64,000 bases of DNA from Amphiscolops sp. MND2022 (taxonomy: Eukaryota): NCBI GenBank assembly GCA_964187785.1, contig OZ076409.1:33172001-33236000 (forward strand), given 5' to 3'. The notes under the pieces are model-generated. The model saw only the letters and a program-made list of their open reading frames with translations. It had not been told where the DNA came from and searched no databases. Each line of letters begins with the position of its first letter. The stretch's first letter is position 1. The position numbers were made by a program, and so were the translations under genes. Of the stretch, positions 37,231-50,999 are shown piece by piece.

Positions 37231-37700
37231 AAACAAGACGAGAACGTCCAAAGTCGGCGCCATATCTAAGGCTCAAAAAGCGCAAAAAAATTTTTTTGGA
37301 AAAAAACATGAATTTTTGAAAAAAAAAATTTCTTTCAAAAAAAGTCGCATAGTGCCGAAAAATGTAAAAGGGGGGACCCTTTGTGATGTATTAACATACA
37401 TTCAGTTGCAAAATATGAAAAAACTCGAAGGGGGGACCCTTTTGGAACAATAAAAATTTTTTCGAAAAAAAGTCACACAGTGCCGAAAATACCCTTTGGG
37501 GACCCTTAGATGATATAAAAACTACTTTTGCGCCAGTATTTTAATTTTGCTAAGTAATAATTGTAAGATTTTGAAAATTGTAAGAATTGTAAGAAAAGTG
37601 GACCACTCAGAGTGAGATTGTCAACTGAAAAAAAACAAAAAAAAACTACTCACTGTAAGAGTCGGGCTTTTTTCCTTAAGGGAAAAGGCGCCGACTAAAA
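37231..37700. mobile_element. Helentron-associated non-autonomous element (DINE-1/HINE-like)
   Basis: AAACAAGACGAGAACGTC short hairpin plus AGTCGGCGC sub-TIR at the left; AGTCGGGC..GGCGCCGACT stem-loop plus AAAA at the right; internal repeated AGTGCCGAAAA/GGGGGACCCT units. Confidence 0.7.
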
Positions 37701-38739
37701 ACTCATATCGGAAAATTATAATCTACATGAGAAAAACTGTTCCAAGTAATTCATTGAGTTGTCGCTTTTTCCTAATTGATGCTAATTATCGCTTGATATG
37801 ATTTGTGGTCTGATAAGAGTTGTCGCTATGCCATAGTCGCCACAGCTGAAAGCTTCAAAAGTGCTGTGGAAAAAAGAGCAGGCTCATCAACCGCTTCCTA
37901 AATTGAAAAATTGTCGAAAATTGCTAATGATTTCATTTGTTTGTTCTTTGATGATGTGATACGGATGGTATATTAAAGTTTGCTCCAAAAGGCCTGATCA
38001 GTTGTTGATAAATTCTTGCATATTTCTGATGTTTGCAGTTGTGATCGATTCTTTAACAGTACGCTAACCTGAAAAATGTTTCAGCCCTAGTCAGTTTCAA
38101 ACCCACAGTATTCTACTTTCAAGCTTCGTGCTCCAATCAGTGAGCTATCAGTATAGAACTTTTGGTAACACGGTCGACTGAGAATGAGTCTTTTTGTGGT
38201 GATGCGAGTCTCCTGTGGTGAGACAGACATACAAGTGTAGTTCCAAGGCTTTAGCTTTATATATTATACTTATACTCAATATACCGAGTTATCCCAGTTC
38301 ACGAAGATAGAGGGTTTCGTTACATAACGCCATCTGAAATTTGCCAAAATAAGCCAAATCTAGAACAGTAAATGTTTTAAACCGTTGTTGGCCTAAAAAT
38401 TACTCTCAAAATTTTGTGACATTGCACACAATGAATGACCGCCGTAGTAATCATTATATTTGAAAATTTAAAAGTTACGTTTCCACGTATTGTTCCACTT
38501 CGATTCCCTAAAAATTTCAGTATTTCTTTCAATGGGGGGAAGTACTCGACATCTATTTAAGTTCTCGATCAGACAAACGAGTCATGCTAGGATAGAAAAC
38601 TTGTTTTTGAGTTTTGAATATGAGGCGTATGAACTTTGAATGACAAAAACCCCCCAAACGAATCCTGATTACCTATGGTTACATATGTTCACGTCTAAAT
38701 TGCTCAACAAAAGATTCACATAATGGATGATTTACAAGA

Positions 38740-39325
38740 CAAGGTCGGTTCTCAATGCGTTATGTTTACGGAAACTTGAGGGGGAAATCGGAAGCAAAGT
38801 TGCACTTCTAATGCTTCATTCCTTTGTACCTCGTTTGTAAATAGGCCAAACGGGACTATTTACACAACCTATCATTCAAAACAAGTGCTGGTCTTTTCTC
38901 ACGTCATACTAATATCAAATGATTTATTAGGAAGAATTTGGTGTTTTTCGGATTCCTTCAAAGCTCGAATCTCGGGTGTACCGAACCGACGCAAACGCCC
39001 AGATGATCTTACTATGACTCCTTGCAGAATTGGGTAAACAATTGCTATCACAGTAGAATGTCACAGTTCACTGTCTCGACGCTGTTGCGCCAAATCGACT
39101 ATTTCAAAGCTCTTTGTGCAAACCTGGACTCAACACCACCGTTGTTGAATCACTCAAGAACAAAACGAACGACTTGATTGAGAGTGGTTACCTTAAATAC
39201 AGAGTTCGACTGATGGAATCAGCATAATTACACGTTTTCGAGCCGGTACCATTTTAAAGCAACGTATCTCAATGGTTCACAAGGTCGGCAGTGTGGCAAG
39301 GGCTCTAGGAACAGTAAAAAAAACA
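38740..39325 (+). mobile_element. 3' fragment of a CRE-like non-LTR retrotransposon (restriction-like endonuclease)
   Basis: Frameshifted motifs LSFKTSAGLFSRH, YRTD.KRPDDLTMTP..GKQLL, NVTV..DAVAP, LKQRISMV..ALGTV followed by an A run. Confidence 0.7.
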
Positions 39326-39677
39326 TATGCATTTAGGAAATATAGTACCCAATGATTTTCCTCTGCTAAAAATGGCAACCTGAGAAAAGTCATCAATTTG
39401 AACGTCCTGTAAAATGATTGCTCTAAAACTTTCCCATTGCATACTTTTTCTGCACTCCAAAAAAAGTTTAAAGCTGAAACGACTCTTTAGTTTTTAGTCC
39501 ATTTAGGCCTTCGCGCAAACCAGAAAGTTGCTTGTTACATATATCACACTTTTTGCCTTAGACTTTTCGATGAGACACGTCCAAAAACTGTATGACTCAA
39601 TCCCGATTTTGTTCAATCAGCTAAATTAAATTTCTGAAAAGATTGATCAACAATTTTCAACAATCCGTATACCTAGG

Positions 39678-41916
39678 TGTCACGACGCACACTCGGTCGG
39701 TGTTTTACTCGCCACGAAGGAATACACAAATTTGCCAAGGACTCGGCCATGGGAGGAACTATTAAAACGTAAGACCATTGAATTCTAATTACAGTACAGT
39801 TAGATAAATAGTGAGAGATAATTCCGGATAATAAAAAGTAACGTAATGACGACGTAATATTCCGCAAGACAATTTCGGATATAACAAAACTTCCGATCTA
39901 TCAATTTTCCGCGTGACCATTCTTACTTGCGTTTTTATTTTCTGAAATTCTCATACTGATCTAAATATTAAAACATTGAAAAAATTAACCATAGAAAATA
40001 GATTCTTCTTTTTTCCACCCTGAAAAGAAACATTAGGAACAATATTTAGTTCCGTGATCCTAATTGAATTGATACAATCTAAAATGAAAGAAATATACAA
40101 AAAACCCCAGGAATTGTTTTCTCAGTACAATTCAGGTGTCAGAATTAGTCACAACGTTATGGCAATGTCACTCAATGAGGTTCGCTGGCGATGTTTCTAT
40201 ATTTTTACGAGCCAGGACTATAGAAATTCCTATAACTGAAAAAAATTCCGAGGGAAATCTCATAGCTGGTCCTAGAAATTCGCCCAAAAATCATCTCGAA
40301 AACCTTGACGAGATGAAGACGTCACTTAGGAAGGAGATCATGTCCATACGTTCTAAAATCCTTGCTGATAACCAAAAGGAGCCAATAGCGTTACCCCTCA
40401 GCGGAAGAACCATTCTATACCCCCTGTTTGGCAAACGAATAATATCGTTAGGTTGCCAATATTTTGAAGCTCAGAATAGATTGAACGATTTTGTGACGTC
40501 ACGGCGAAGCATCTTAGAATGAATACTGCTAGCACTTGACCATTCTGTTACGCCACACTGCTTGTCAGTTATGGCATATCTCAATACGCACGACACAGCT
40601 TCGTCACGTTTGAACGACGAGAATAGGAAAAAGGTGTTTCATCTGGCATTGACTAAGACGATTTTCGGTATTTTTGTATGATTTGTCATGAATAATATTG
40701 TTAGAGAAAGCTGTACTGTAAGGCAGGAAATAAAGTGATCTTAAATCCTTTTGTGTGCTGAATTTTCCTCTGTATCGTGATAAAATCGGATATGATGAAG
40801 TTCTTGGAATGATATTTTGGAGATTGCGTTCACCAAAAAGTATAATAGTACTGCAAAAATTTAATAATTTATCTTTATTTTATGAGTTATATTCAACCCT
40901 ATCTCATTATAGCTGCACGAAGCGACGTAAGGTCAACGTGATATTCTCAGATGAGATGTTTGAAACTACAATCGGTTTATTAAAACTACATTCAGTGAAA
41001 ATCGTTCCCTCGTTGCATTTTTATATTTGGGTTTTTTGTCACTATAAATCGTGTTAATTTGTACTATTGGAAGTTCAATCGCTTCCGAAGGATATGTTCA
41101 TGGAAGTGTCTCAACATTAAGTATGACTTTCGTCAAATCATGTATGGATGTTGAGTTTAGAATATGTATATCATAAACTCCTCAGCATCATTTTACCTCC
41201 ATACTTATATAACCTCAATCGCAAGAACAGTCCTTTTTTTCCGTCTGTTACGAATGGTTTTCAACAAAAACGACATGACATGACCCAACTAGAAATTTGG
41301 AAATCTGATTTCCGTACGCAGGACTGAAATGTTATGAATGAACTTAGACTTTTCATGAACAGACCTGATTTTTAGGATACTTAGGAACTTTTAGGTGAGG
41401 AACAAATGATGCTGGGGAGGTATAATCATTTAGATTCATGTAAAAGATTTCAGTTAAATGTTAGTTGTCCAACCTACGTATTCATCGTTTGAAAATCCTT
41501 AAATAAAATTTTTTCTTCGAAGACTCATATTTGCCGAAGACCTTCTCTTTCTAAAATGACAACCAGAAGCAAGAAAAGGAAAGCAGTTGAGGAACTAGTC
41601 TCTACGAATATGGAGACCCATATACCTGAAAATAATCCCGTGGAAAATCTCATCGCTGGTCCTAGCAAATAGCCCAAGTCCATATCAAAAACCGTGAGGA
41701 GATAAAGACGTCACGTAGGAAGGAGATCAAGTCCAATGGCCCTAAAGTCATTGCTGAGAACCAACAGGAGAAGTTAAAATTATCAAGACCCAAAATAATC
41801 CCTTAATATACAAAACAATGACTCTGAAACTGAAAAAGTTTTCCCTACAACTACTTCTACATCAGCCAAAACTAAAACAACTACATGAAAAAGTACACCG
41901 ATATCTAGTCTTAACA
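39678..41916 (+). repeat. Gypsy-2 5' LTR
   Basis: Colinear with 51000-53261 and visibly more diverged than the other LTR pairs; has a private insertion at 40215-40378. Confidence 0.88.
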
Positions 41917-43062
41917 TGGTGAAAGGAGTCATTAACTATTCCAGTAAAATCGCACGGAAGAAAACAACCTCACTCCCAGAGCCAACTAATCAAAGACCAA
42001 CCAACAACATCCGACTGCTGTTCGCACCCCAAACGCAAACTCTACCAACGTCCCACATGCTCCCAATGCCAAAAGCGCTCAAAGCGTCACTCTCCGTCTA
42101 CGATGGTAAGTCTGAACAATCTGAACTAATCGAAGACATGTTTCGCAACAATATCAAAATGTTTCCCCATCTCACAGAAATACAGAAAAAAGCTACCTTC
42201 ACTCACTACTCCCCGGACTTCATAACTGAATGCAATGAAGAACCCTCACAAGACTGGCAACGACGGTGGAACGTCTGAATGATCTTACGTACCAATGCAA
42301 GACATCACGAATGGATAACCGAATCGCTCCAGGGGCAACGCAGTCCAGGCGTACTGCGACCTAGAAGTTACCAAAAAGTATCATCTTGTGGAAATAATTA
42401 CGGCGTTCAGACGTCGTTTTGGTGACTTCCAATCCTCAGTCAAAGCAAGATGCAAATGGGATGCACTGCACTTTGACCCAAGCAAACAAACGTTACACGA
42501 GTTCCTAGAGTCTTTCCAAAAAACTGCCAAAGAAGCGTTCGGCTCAGGAGCACAAAAATTTATTGACAAGTGATCTACGCAAAAGAGCCGGACCACGTCA
42601 AAAAATCCTAAACCGAGCTTACCTCGAGGATAAACTGTACAACGACATGGTACTACACCTGGAAAGAGATTTGCGCCCTAACGGTCTCGGCGCCCCAGAT
42701 GAAACCATATTGGTACCTCTGAATGCTGTGGACGCAAATCACACGGAGCCGAAAAGTGAACAGGCTCAACGAGGCTACTGTTTCTACTGCGGCTGATATG
42801 GTCACTACAAAGGACAATGCTGTAAACTGAAAAAAAATATCGCTATCTTGGGACCAAAGCCAAAATTATGGAAGTCAACGACACCGACACGCAAAAACCC
42901 AAAGGTGATACATAAGAGTGGAAAAACTGTTAAAACGGAATACTGTTGAGACGGAGCAATTGCGGCAAATGACCCCAGAAAGAAGAGGAGGAAGTTTGCA
43001 ATTTTAACCAAAAAATTAACGAACAACCCCTACCCAACACTACAACTCAGCCAAAAAACTAA
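41556..43062 (+). pseudogene. gag: Gypsy-2 gag, starting inside the LTR
   Basis: MTTRSKKRKAVEE (ATG 41556); YDGKSEQSELIEDMF, ARCKWDALHFDPSKQTLHEFLE, YNDMVLHLERD, CFYCG.GH..QC; ends A AAA AAC TAA at 43053-43062. Confidence 0.8.
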
Positions 43063-46000
43063 AACCACCGGGCAAGTTTCGGGGAAAAGGTAAACACGAG
43101 GGATGACACGATTGAAAATCCCCCAAATCGCTACAAACTGAATGCAATGAAGAACCCTGCCAAGACTGGCAACGACGATGGAACGCCAGAATGATCTTAT
43201 GTAACAATGCAAGACACCACTATTGGATAACTGAATCGCTCGACACTTACGCGCCTTTGAAACGACCCTTGCCAGATTAAAAAAAAGACAGGATCTATGT
43301 TTACGACATGGACTACCGTTGCGATGCCTGGGACGAACCAGAAACCTACGACACGAAATCACTCTCAATCAAAAAAGTCTCAAACTAAACATTCTTGAAC
43401 ACCATCTGCATCGAAGATAAAACACGTTGGTCCCTAAAATCAAAGAAACAAACGGGTGATACCCCTCCTCTTCCATTAATACAAACCGCAATCGTCACTC
43501 AAACACCCACCAATGACAACGACACGACGAATTTACCAACACATCTACCCCATAACCTTGACGTAAAAAAGAATTCATCCAGTACAACAATGAGAACGAC
43601 TACATTTCATTAAAATCAGCAATCACTCGAATGCTTTTCCTTCCCCTGGACTTCCACAAGGTCAAAATTGAAGAACTAGCCTGCTCAGGTGCGTACGTCA
43701 ACGCCATCAGTGAAAGAGATGGGCAAAGTATACGACAACATGTACATCAGTGCATCATTCATGAAGCGCCACCTTCTCCCATCAAAGTTCAATATGCTAA
43801 CGCTGAACTCGAACAGCCCCTCGCAACGTACACCATGCATTTCCCAATTGGAGACTACAACTTCGAAGAAGCATTCCTAGTCATGGCAAAACGGCATACC
43901 CCATAATAAGACTATCATTTCTACGAAAGCACTCCAAAGTTCTCGACACAGCTCGAAGAACAATCGACTTCCCAAAGATACAAATCACCATGACACTCAT
44001 TGATGAAATGCAAAAATGCAACCCAAAACCCATTACGGTCATGACGGAAAGTCAGCACACCATTCCAGCGCAATCTACACGCAACATCCACGAGTCAATA
44101 TCTGTGAGCAATGACAACCGAATGAATGGGACAGTACAACCTCTGCCACAGTTTGACGAAAGCGAAAAACCTATAGTAGCCTCAGCAAAAACGCTTGCTC
44201 CACACAAATGACTGGCTATCAAAATAGCGAATACGGCCATTTTTCCCTATACGGTAACGCCAAAAACCAAATTGGCCGAACTACAAACCCTCGAACCCGA
44301 AGAAACGAAATCTATTCGAGAACTTATCAACAAACCATGACGACGTCGCAGCGTATGTCAATGCCCTTATGCGAGAACAACGCAATGAAGATAACGAAGA
44401 ACAATTCTGGTTCCCGACACTTGACAACCCTGGAACGGAATCAGAACACACGCCCACACAACAACAAAAACTCAGAGAAATGACAGAGCAAGAGAGCCTT
44501 TAAAATTAGACCCCAAAGAGACTGAAGAGTCCCGCACTAAATTGCTATCGTCGTTCAAATGGGACAACTCCCTAATCACGAGCGAGGATCGCGAAAATTT
44601 TGAGTCCATCATCGTAGAATTTAACGATATCTTCGCAAGACATCGATTAGACATCGGAATGAACACACAGTTCAAAGTCAGTCTTTTGCGAAAAGACGAC
44701 CAACCAGTCTACACCCAGAGTCTAACTGTGACTATAAACCTTAAAGACGACCTCGCGGTAGAACTGGCCCTCATGCACCGCTACAGCATTTCGACACTAC
44801 CCTTCTCGAAGTAAGCCAGCCCGAACTCCGTGCAACACAAACCCAACGGCAAACTGAAGTTGCTATTTGACCTGCGAAAAATCAACAACATCAACAATAA
44901 CCACCCAGTCAGCACGTTCTTAGATGCGGCGCAACACCTAGCAGGAAACGACTGTTCTGCAAACTCGACTGTTCTGCAAACTCGACTGGCCCCAAACCTA
45001 CCACGTCCTCCAAATGGCAGACCGCTGGTCAGTAGAACTCCTTGCTTTTAACTTTGCTAGTAGGGGACGTTTGCCTACCGCAGATTACTTCAGGGACTCA
45101 GCAGAGCTTTGTCAGCATTCTCAAGCTTCATACGATATTACCTCAAACCAGTCATCGAAGCAGACCAGTGCGCCCAATATGCAGACGTCATTGGGATCGC
45201 CGCCAACAACCCAGACCAACTCGTAAAAGACATCAGAGCAGTCTTCAAATGCATCTGCACCTAACAATTGAAAAATGCCACTTCGGAGTGACCCAACTCG
45301 AACTTCTTGGAGGAACCATCACGTTGGAAACTAATCAGTATGTATGAGTTTTCAAAAGCCGATGCCAGAATCAGCATCGCAGAAGAACTCGTCGACAATT
45401 TCAAAGAAATCAACGCAGGCCTTGCGCAAGCCTGTGGACTAGCACTCAGCCAACCCATCGTTGGAAAACAGTACGTACTCATGACGGAGGCAAGCTTCCG
45501 AGTATCTGGATACGCACTAATGATCGAAGAAAACGACGACAAAAAGCTGCTTTCTAAAAAAAATTTTATCACCAGTTGCCTTTGGACAACGCGTATTCTC
45601 CACGTCACAACTAAAAATTTCAATATATAGCAAAAAACATGCAGCGATAAATTATGCCTTCCTTGATATCAGCCATTTCTATTGGAAACCACGCTACCCA
45701 CTCTGCTACTAACAGAGAATAGATCAGTAACGAGACTTTTTCAAACAATACCCGAAACACCCACACTTTGGAAAGCCTGCGTCTATATACTACAAATCAA
45801 TTTTCACATTATGCACGTTGCAGGATCGCAAAATACCGCAGCAGATTTCTTCTCCAGACTAGAGCTAACGCATAAAAAAAACTCTAAACAAGAGACGATA
45901 TACTAACGTCACCAATAGAGGTGAACCTCCAATCGTCCGATTTCGCAGATGATGAACAGTTTTCTTCCATGCAAAAGAAAAAGAAGAGTCCGAACAAGAA

Positions 46001-47862
46001 TTATTCGCTCGGAAACAGCTTAGAAAAAACCGCGAACTAGAAGAGAAAGAACAACAAAACTTAACTACAAAAGTTACTGAAATTATCAAACTACTTCTCA
46101 ACTCAGCAGTCGTCAATACATTCGGAGCCAACAAAGAGAACGCCCACATACGAAACCAGCAGGACTCAGACCCCCTGCTAAAAACACTAAAACTTTGTAA
46201 ACTGTAAAATATCTTAAGCATCTCCTCAAAACACAACCAAGAGGAAAAAACTACTGAGACAAGAAGAAAGAAGCTTCATGAAAGACGGAGTCCTTAAGAG
46301 AAATTACTATGGAGAAGACGGGACCGTCACGCATCATCAAGTACTATTAGCGAAACACTTAGTAACAGAAATCCTCAGCGCCCTACATGCCAAAAGAAAC
46401 AAACACCCTGAACAACACAAATGATACAGGAATGCAGAGCAAAATACTATTACCCAGGATTGGCAAGAAAAATACAAGCTTGGGTAACCAATTGCCCAGA
46501 CTTCATCGCAGATAAAAGAATTGACACTAGGCCGATACGACCAAACATTTGCAATACCGAATTCATGTTGGGACCAGAAGTCTGCCTCGAAGTAGACAAA
46601 CTACCGAACCTAAGATCTTCGAACGGATACAAGCACATCGTAACATTGATAGTTGTTTTCTCCCGCTACCTATTTGCCTTTCCTACCCAGCACGTGCCAG
46701 ACAGCAACAACAGTAGGACGCTTCATTGTCGTAATGTCAAGGAAATGCTACCTCGCAAGAGTAATTTTAATTGACAAAGGATTGTAATTCAGATCAGAGG
46801 TAGTCATGCAAATAGCGCAAACAGTCGACATACGTATAAGCCACGCGTCAACAAAACATGGCCAAACAATTAGATTACTGGAGAGGACCCATCCCATGCA
46901 TTCCTAAAAACATCGCCTAAAATATCAACAGGCGAAAGAAGATCGATGTGGCATAAATATATACAGATAGCAGTAATGATTTACAACACTAGCTACCATG
47001 AAAGCTTGGGTTGCGAACCATCAACGGTGTTCCATGGAAGACTACCCTACAATGAACTTGACATCAAGCTCGGAATTAAACCAGAATAAAAAAGAAACTC
47101 AGACGAGGAAGTAGCGGATGAAGTGCAAAAACAAATAGCAAAAACCCATCGAAGTGCCAAAGAAAGTTTATTGCAATCCGACTTAAAATACAAACGGTAT
47201 TACGACCAGAAAGCGAGTGGTTCCGCTGAATATCAACGATTATTGCTACGTCCTAAACCCGAAAGCAGACAATCAGTCAAAAAAATTCGCCTTCAAAGAA
47301 CGCATTCGGACTGGCCCCTACATTGTCACTAAAACTTTATCCAACAACAAGTATGTCGTAAGAAGAAAGGGCACTCACTATACACAAACCCCCAAAGAAT
47401 CCGCCTGAGGCGACATGCGCCCAATCAAAGAGTATCTGACGTAACAGTCACGCCGGAATACTATCTCTTCCAGACCCTGAGGTTAAAACAACCATAAACG
47501 TTGGTACGCGCAAGTTTTGGAAACTGAATTCAGGGATCTGTTTGGGCAATCGCCAGACGAAAAATAAGAACAACAAGCTACAGTACCGGAAAGCAAAGAT
47601 CATGACGGAACAACAACGCAAAACGAGGCGCTCAAAAGAACCGCTGAGGAAAATCGAGATGACAAAAAAACACCCTCCCACAATAATACGTCTCTCATTC
47701 TGGATGTCAGTGACAACCCTTTCAATCCCTAACCTTAACCCTATCCGAACCCGAAAGCGAACCCTGTTTTCAGAACGACCTACGTCAAACTCAGTGCTGA
47801 GAAAACAGCCAACCTACCAAACCGAACCGGCATGGCAAAGTCAATTTATCAAGAATCACTAA
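43063..47862 (+). pseudogene. pol: Gypsy-2 pol, heavily decayed
   Basis: DIFARHRLDIGMN, GKLKLLFDLRKIN, TIEKCHFG, MTEASF..GYALMIE, NTAADFFSR, RAKYYYPG..C, TGPYIV. Confidence 0.88.
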
Positions 47863-48015
47863 ACAAATAAACTATCAACGCTTAGGTACAAACAAAATGA
47901 CAAGAAGCTAGTTTGGAGCGAAAAATATCACCCAATTCATGAGCACCAAAGTTCAACTTCAGCAAGTACTTTAATTTATGAACCACGTCAGGATCGAAGT
48001 TTATAGTCTGCTTTT

Positions 48016-49991
48016 TTAATCCTTCGGAGCAGCAGGCTGTTTAGAACCACGATTGCTGCTGGACTGGCGTCCTCTTTCTGCTGCCTCAGCCTGTTGTTTC
48101 TTCTGCTTCACCACCGCGCTCAGAGTACTGTCCACGTGCCTTTTAGAAGCGACCTTTCCACTACTACCAGCATCCACACCTTACGGAGCTTCGACCGATC
48201 TCAATAAAACGATTAGGTTTGTTGCTTTCTATATGGAAATTCTCGCAGGTTCTACGACGCTCCGCAATGAAGTTTACATAGAGTTCCATGTGCCACCGCA
48301 CAAACTCATTGTAATCTGCAGCTCAAAACCCCTTCCAAAGGCAAAAACCAGGTGTCACTAAAACTTGACCAGCATTGGCCTTGGCGGTAGCTTCCCGCAC
48401 AGCAACCCAAAATAGGAACTGTGAAGAACAATTAGTGCGCATATCCAGGGATCAAAACATACGATTGTACCAACAACAAACAATCATCGAAAACTTTGTG
48501 CTGCCACTCAATTCCATCGTCACAGCCGGGTGGACTTTCCAGGGTCTATCAATCAGCGAACAACATAGTTGGAACACTTTAAGAAGTCGGTGTCGGGCCT
48601 GAAAACCAAAATCGCGCATTAAGAAGTCGATAACGTCACCATTGTCGCTAGCAGACCGTCCAGAATCTACTTGCTGCCGCCGCTACTCTATCACGTAACT
48701 GGTATTTTCTTCAACAGATGCGTTATCCTCATCAACAGAATTAGCCCGACGCTTCCTCAGCAACGTACCCAAGTCGGAAAAGAGCCCAAACACAGAACTG
48801 ACGTCCCCCTTCAGTAATATTTCTGGGCAGAAACTCTAAAGGCCCCTCGAAACACCGGACGTAGCACAGGGTATTTCCAAGAACAAAACAATAAACCAGT
48901 CAGTAAAGACTTTACAACGAACTTGAAATTCTTGGACGTCACTCGTTTTCAAAGCGGGAATCTCTTTGCCGAAGTCATAGGTGACCAGGAAGGACAACAT
49001 ATCAACGGATGGAAGATGGCTACTTTCGCAGGGTCCATGTACTGCTCCCACTCGTGTACCGCTGGTAATGCGCTAACATGTCGGCTCTTCAAGAGTAAAC
49101 AATAAATGAAATTACACAGCTCTCCATAACTGCGAAAATCGTTCTCCGAACGTCCATGGCGATATTTCGTTAAATTGACCTGAACTGAAACCCAACGTCA
49201 TAAATACGACACACTACAAAACCTGACTAAGAAAACGATCCAAATACTTACCTGTATCTGCATCAACTGCAACAGGTCAAACCGATACAGTATGAGAGTA
49301 CTAGCAAAGATATACCAGTCAGTCCCACGTAACTGAAAACAGAAAATAACTAAATGACTGATGACAACTACTATAAAAAACCACGTTGATGACCAAAACT
49401 AACACTATTGACCATTGACGGGTCTTGAAGGCCGCTCCAGGCTTACAAAAGAGAAACACAAGACCCCATAAACACGACAAACAAGACAATTTCAATATAG
49501 CAATAATCCAACAAGCCCCCCTCAGCCTCCCCTACTTCACCTCAGCCCCCACACAATCTTTGTACCTTCCTCGTTTTATGAGAAGGGATCAGTCTCGCCT
49601 TCACTAGCCTTTTCAACGACAACATGCGAAATTGCGTCGGTAACTGAACTTGGGACCTATTGGACTGAAGGTTCGGTCACTGGACCGTCCAGCGCAGCAG
49701 AAGACGTATCACGAACGTCGGCTTCAGGAATGCAAGTAGCAGAAGCGTCAAGTTGAGTTACTGAAAATCAAAATCCGGTTCAAACACGTCAGTAAATCGT
49801 GTAAGACTAAAAGGGCTGATCACCCAGCAATATTCCAAGTACCCAAGGAAGTCAGAAAGATTTTACTAACCTTTCAACAGATTAAATTCGTTATCCGTGA
49901 GACGAACATCGCTTTCTGTCCAGGCAAAATTAAGTTCATTGCCACTAAGAAATCCGCCGGAAGCAAGGCGGGTTCCGATTTCATCGCCCAT
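48016..49991 (-). pseudogene. Antisense multi-exon cargo gene of Gypsy-2, unknown product (decayed)
   Basis: ATG 49991 (MGDEIG..); predicted introns 49761-49870 and 49180-49251; an open 81-nt exon 49252-49332; C-terminus ..KQPAAPKD-stop at 48016. Confidence 0.55.
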
Positions 49992-50075
49992 CGTGGATGT
50001 CAAGTTTGAAAGCAATCTAGAAAAGAAAAACAAACAGGAAATAACCCTCAATTAGGAAAAACCATTTTGAATTTG

Positions 50076-50950
50076 ATGACGTCATTTTGACATAGCAGCT
50101 CTGAAGACGTATTTGATGACCTCATGCATTTGATGACGACGCAGATGAACAAAGAAAACAATGTTCCGTTCCATATACGAACAAGAACAAGAACAAGAAA
50201 TAATGTTCCGTTCCATATTAACCAATCACAGCGAAGACGGAAGCAATGCGCTTTCATGATGAAAACGGGAAGGAAAGCAACCAATAAGAAACGACTTGAA
50301 AATACGAGACGAAGAAAAAATAAACGATCAATTGTAGGCCAAAATTTCAATCCTAAGAAATCCGCTTGACCGGCGAGTTTATCAGAACTACCCATAAAAC
50401 GAGCAGCTTAACGCTCTGCAATTATCTCGTCGTCGATGCATCGTCACACGAAAAAGGAATTTGTGCAAAGCACACCGATAAAAACTATACCTCCTAACAT
50501 GATACAAACACTAAATTTAACGCTGAATCAACTAACGCAACGCAAGGAAGTGGAGGAAATCTCGACGATTGAATCAGAGGAACGACGTTTGAATCAGAGG
50601 CGCCTCATCGCAAATTCGGAGTCGACATCTTTTCCGGAAGAATTGTGCCAAATCAAGACAATGAAGCGTTCATAGTAGAATGTCACACCGCAGGAGACCC
50701 CGATACAAGCTGATATGAAGAACCCGAGTCCCGACGAGAGTTGCCGCTATTGCAAGAGGGCTTCTCTTCTGAGCATAACGAGAGTATCACGGAATATGTT
50801 GACCCCGAAAAGGCTGGAAAGCTGAATGACTTGAATGAGCCCTCTTAAAAGAGATAGAAGAAACCCGGGGGATCTCCCTGGACGACTCTACGGGAACCCA
50901 CTTTAAACAAGATCCAAAAAATTCGCAAACAACTCGTGCATGTCGTAAGA
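50076..50950 (+). pseudogene. Sense-strand accessory ORF remnant of Gypsy-2
   Basis: Charged, low-complexity plus-strand ORF pieces (50124-50369, 50436-50675) before the 3' LTR; internal NNVPFHI duplication. Confidence 0.35.
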
Positions 50951-50999
50951 GAGAATCCTCACTGCTCCCCTCAAATCATAACAAGAAGCAGGGTTGCCC

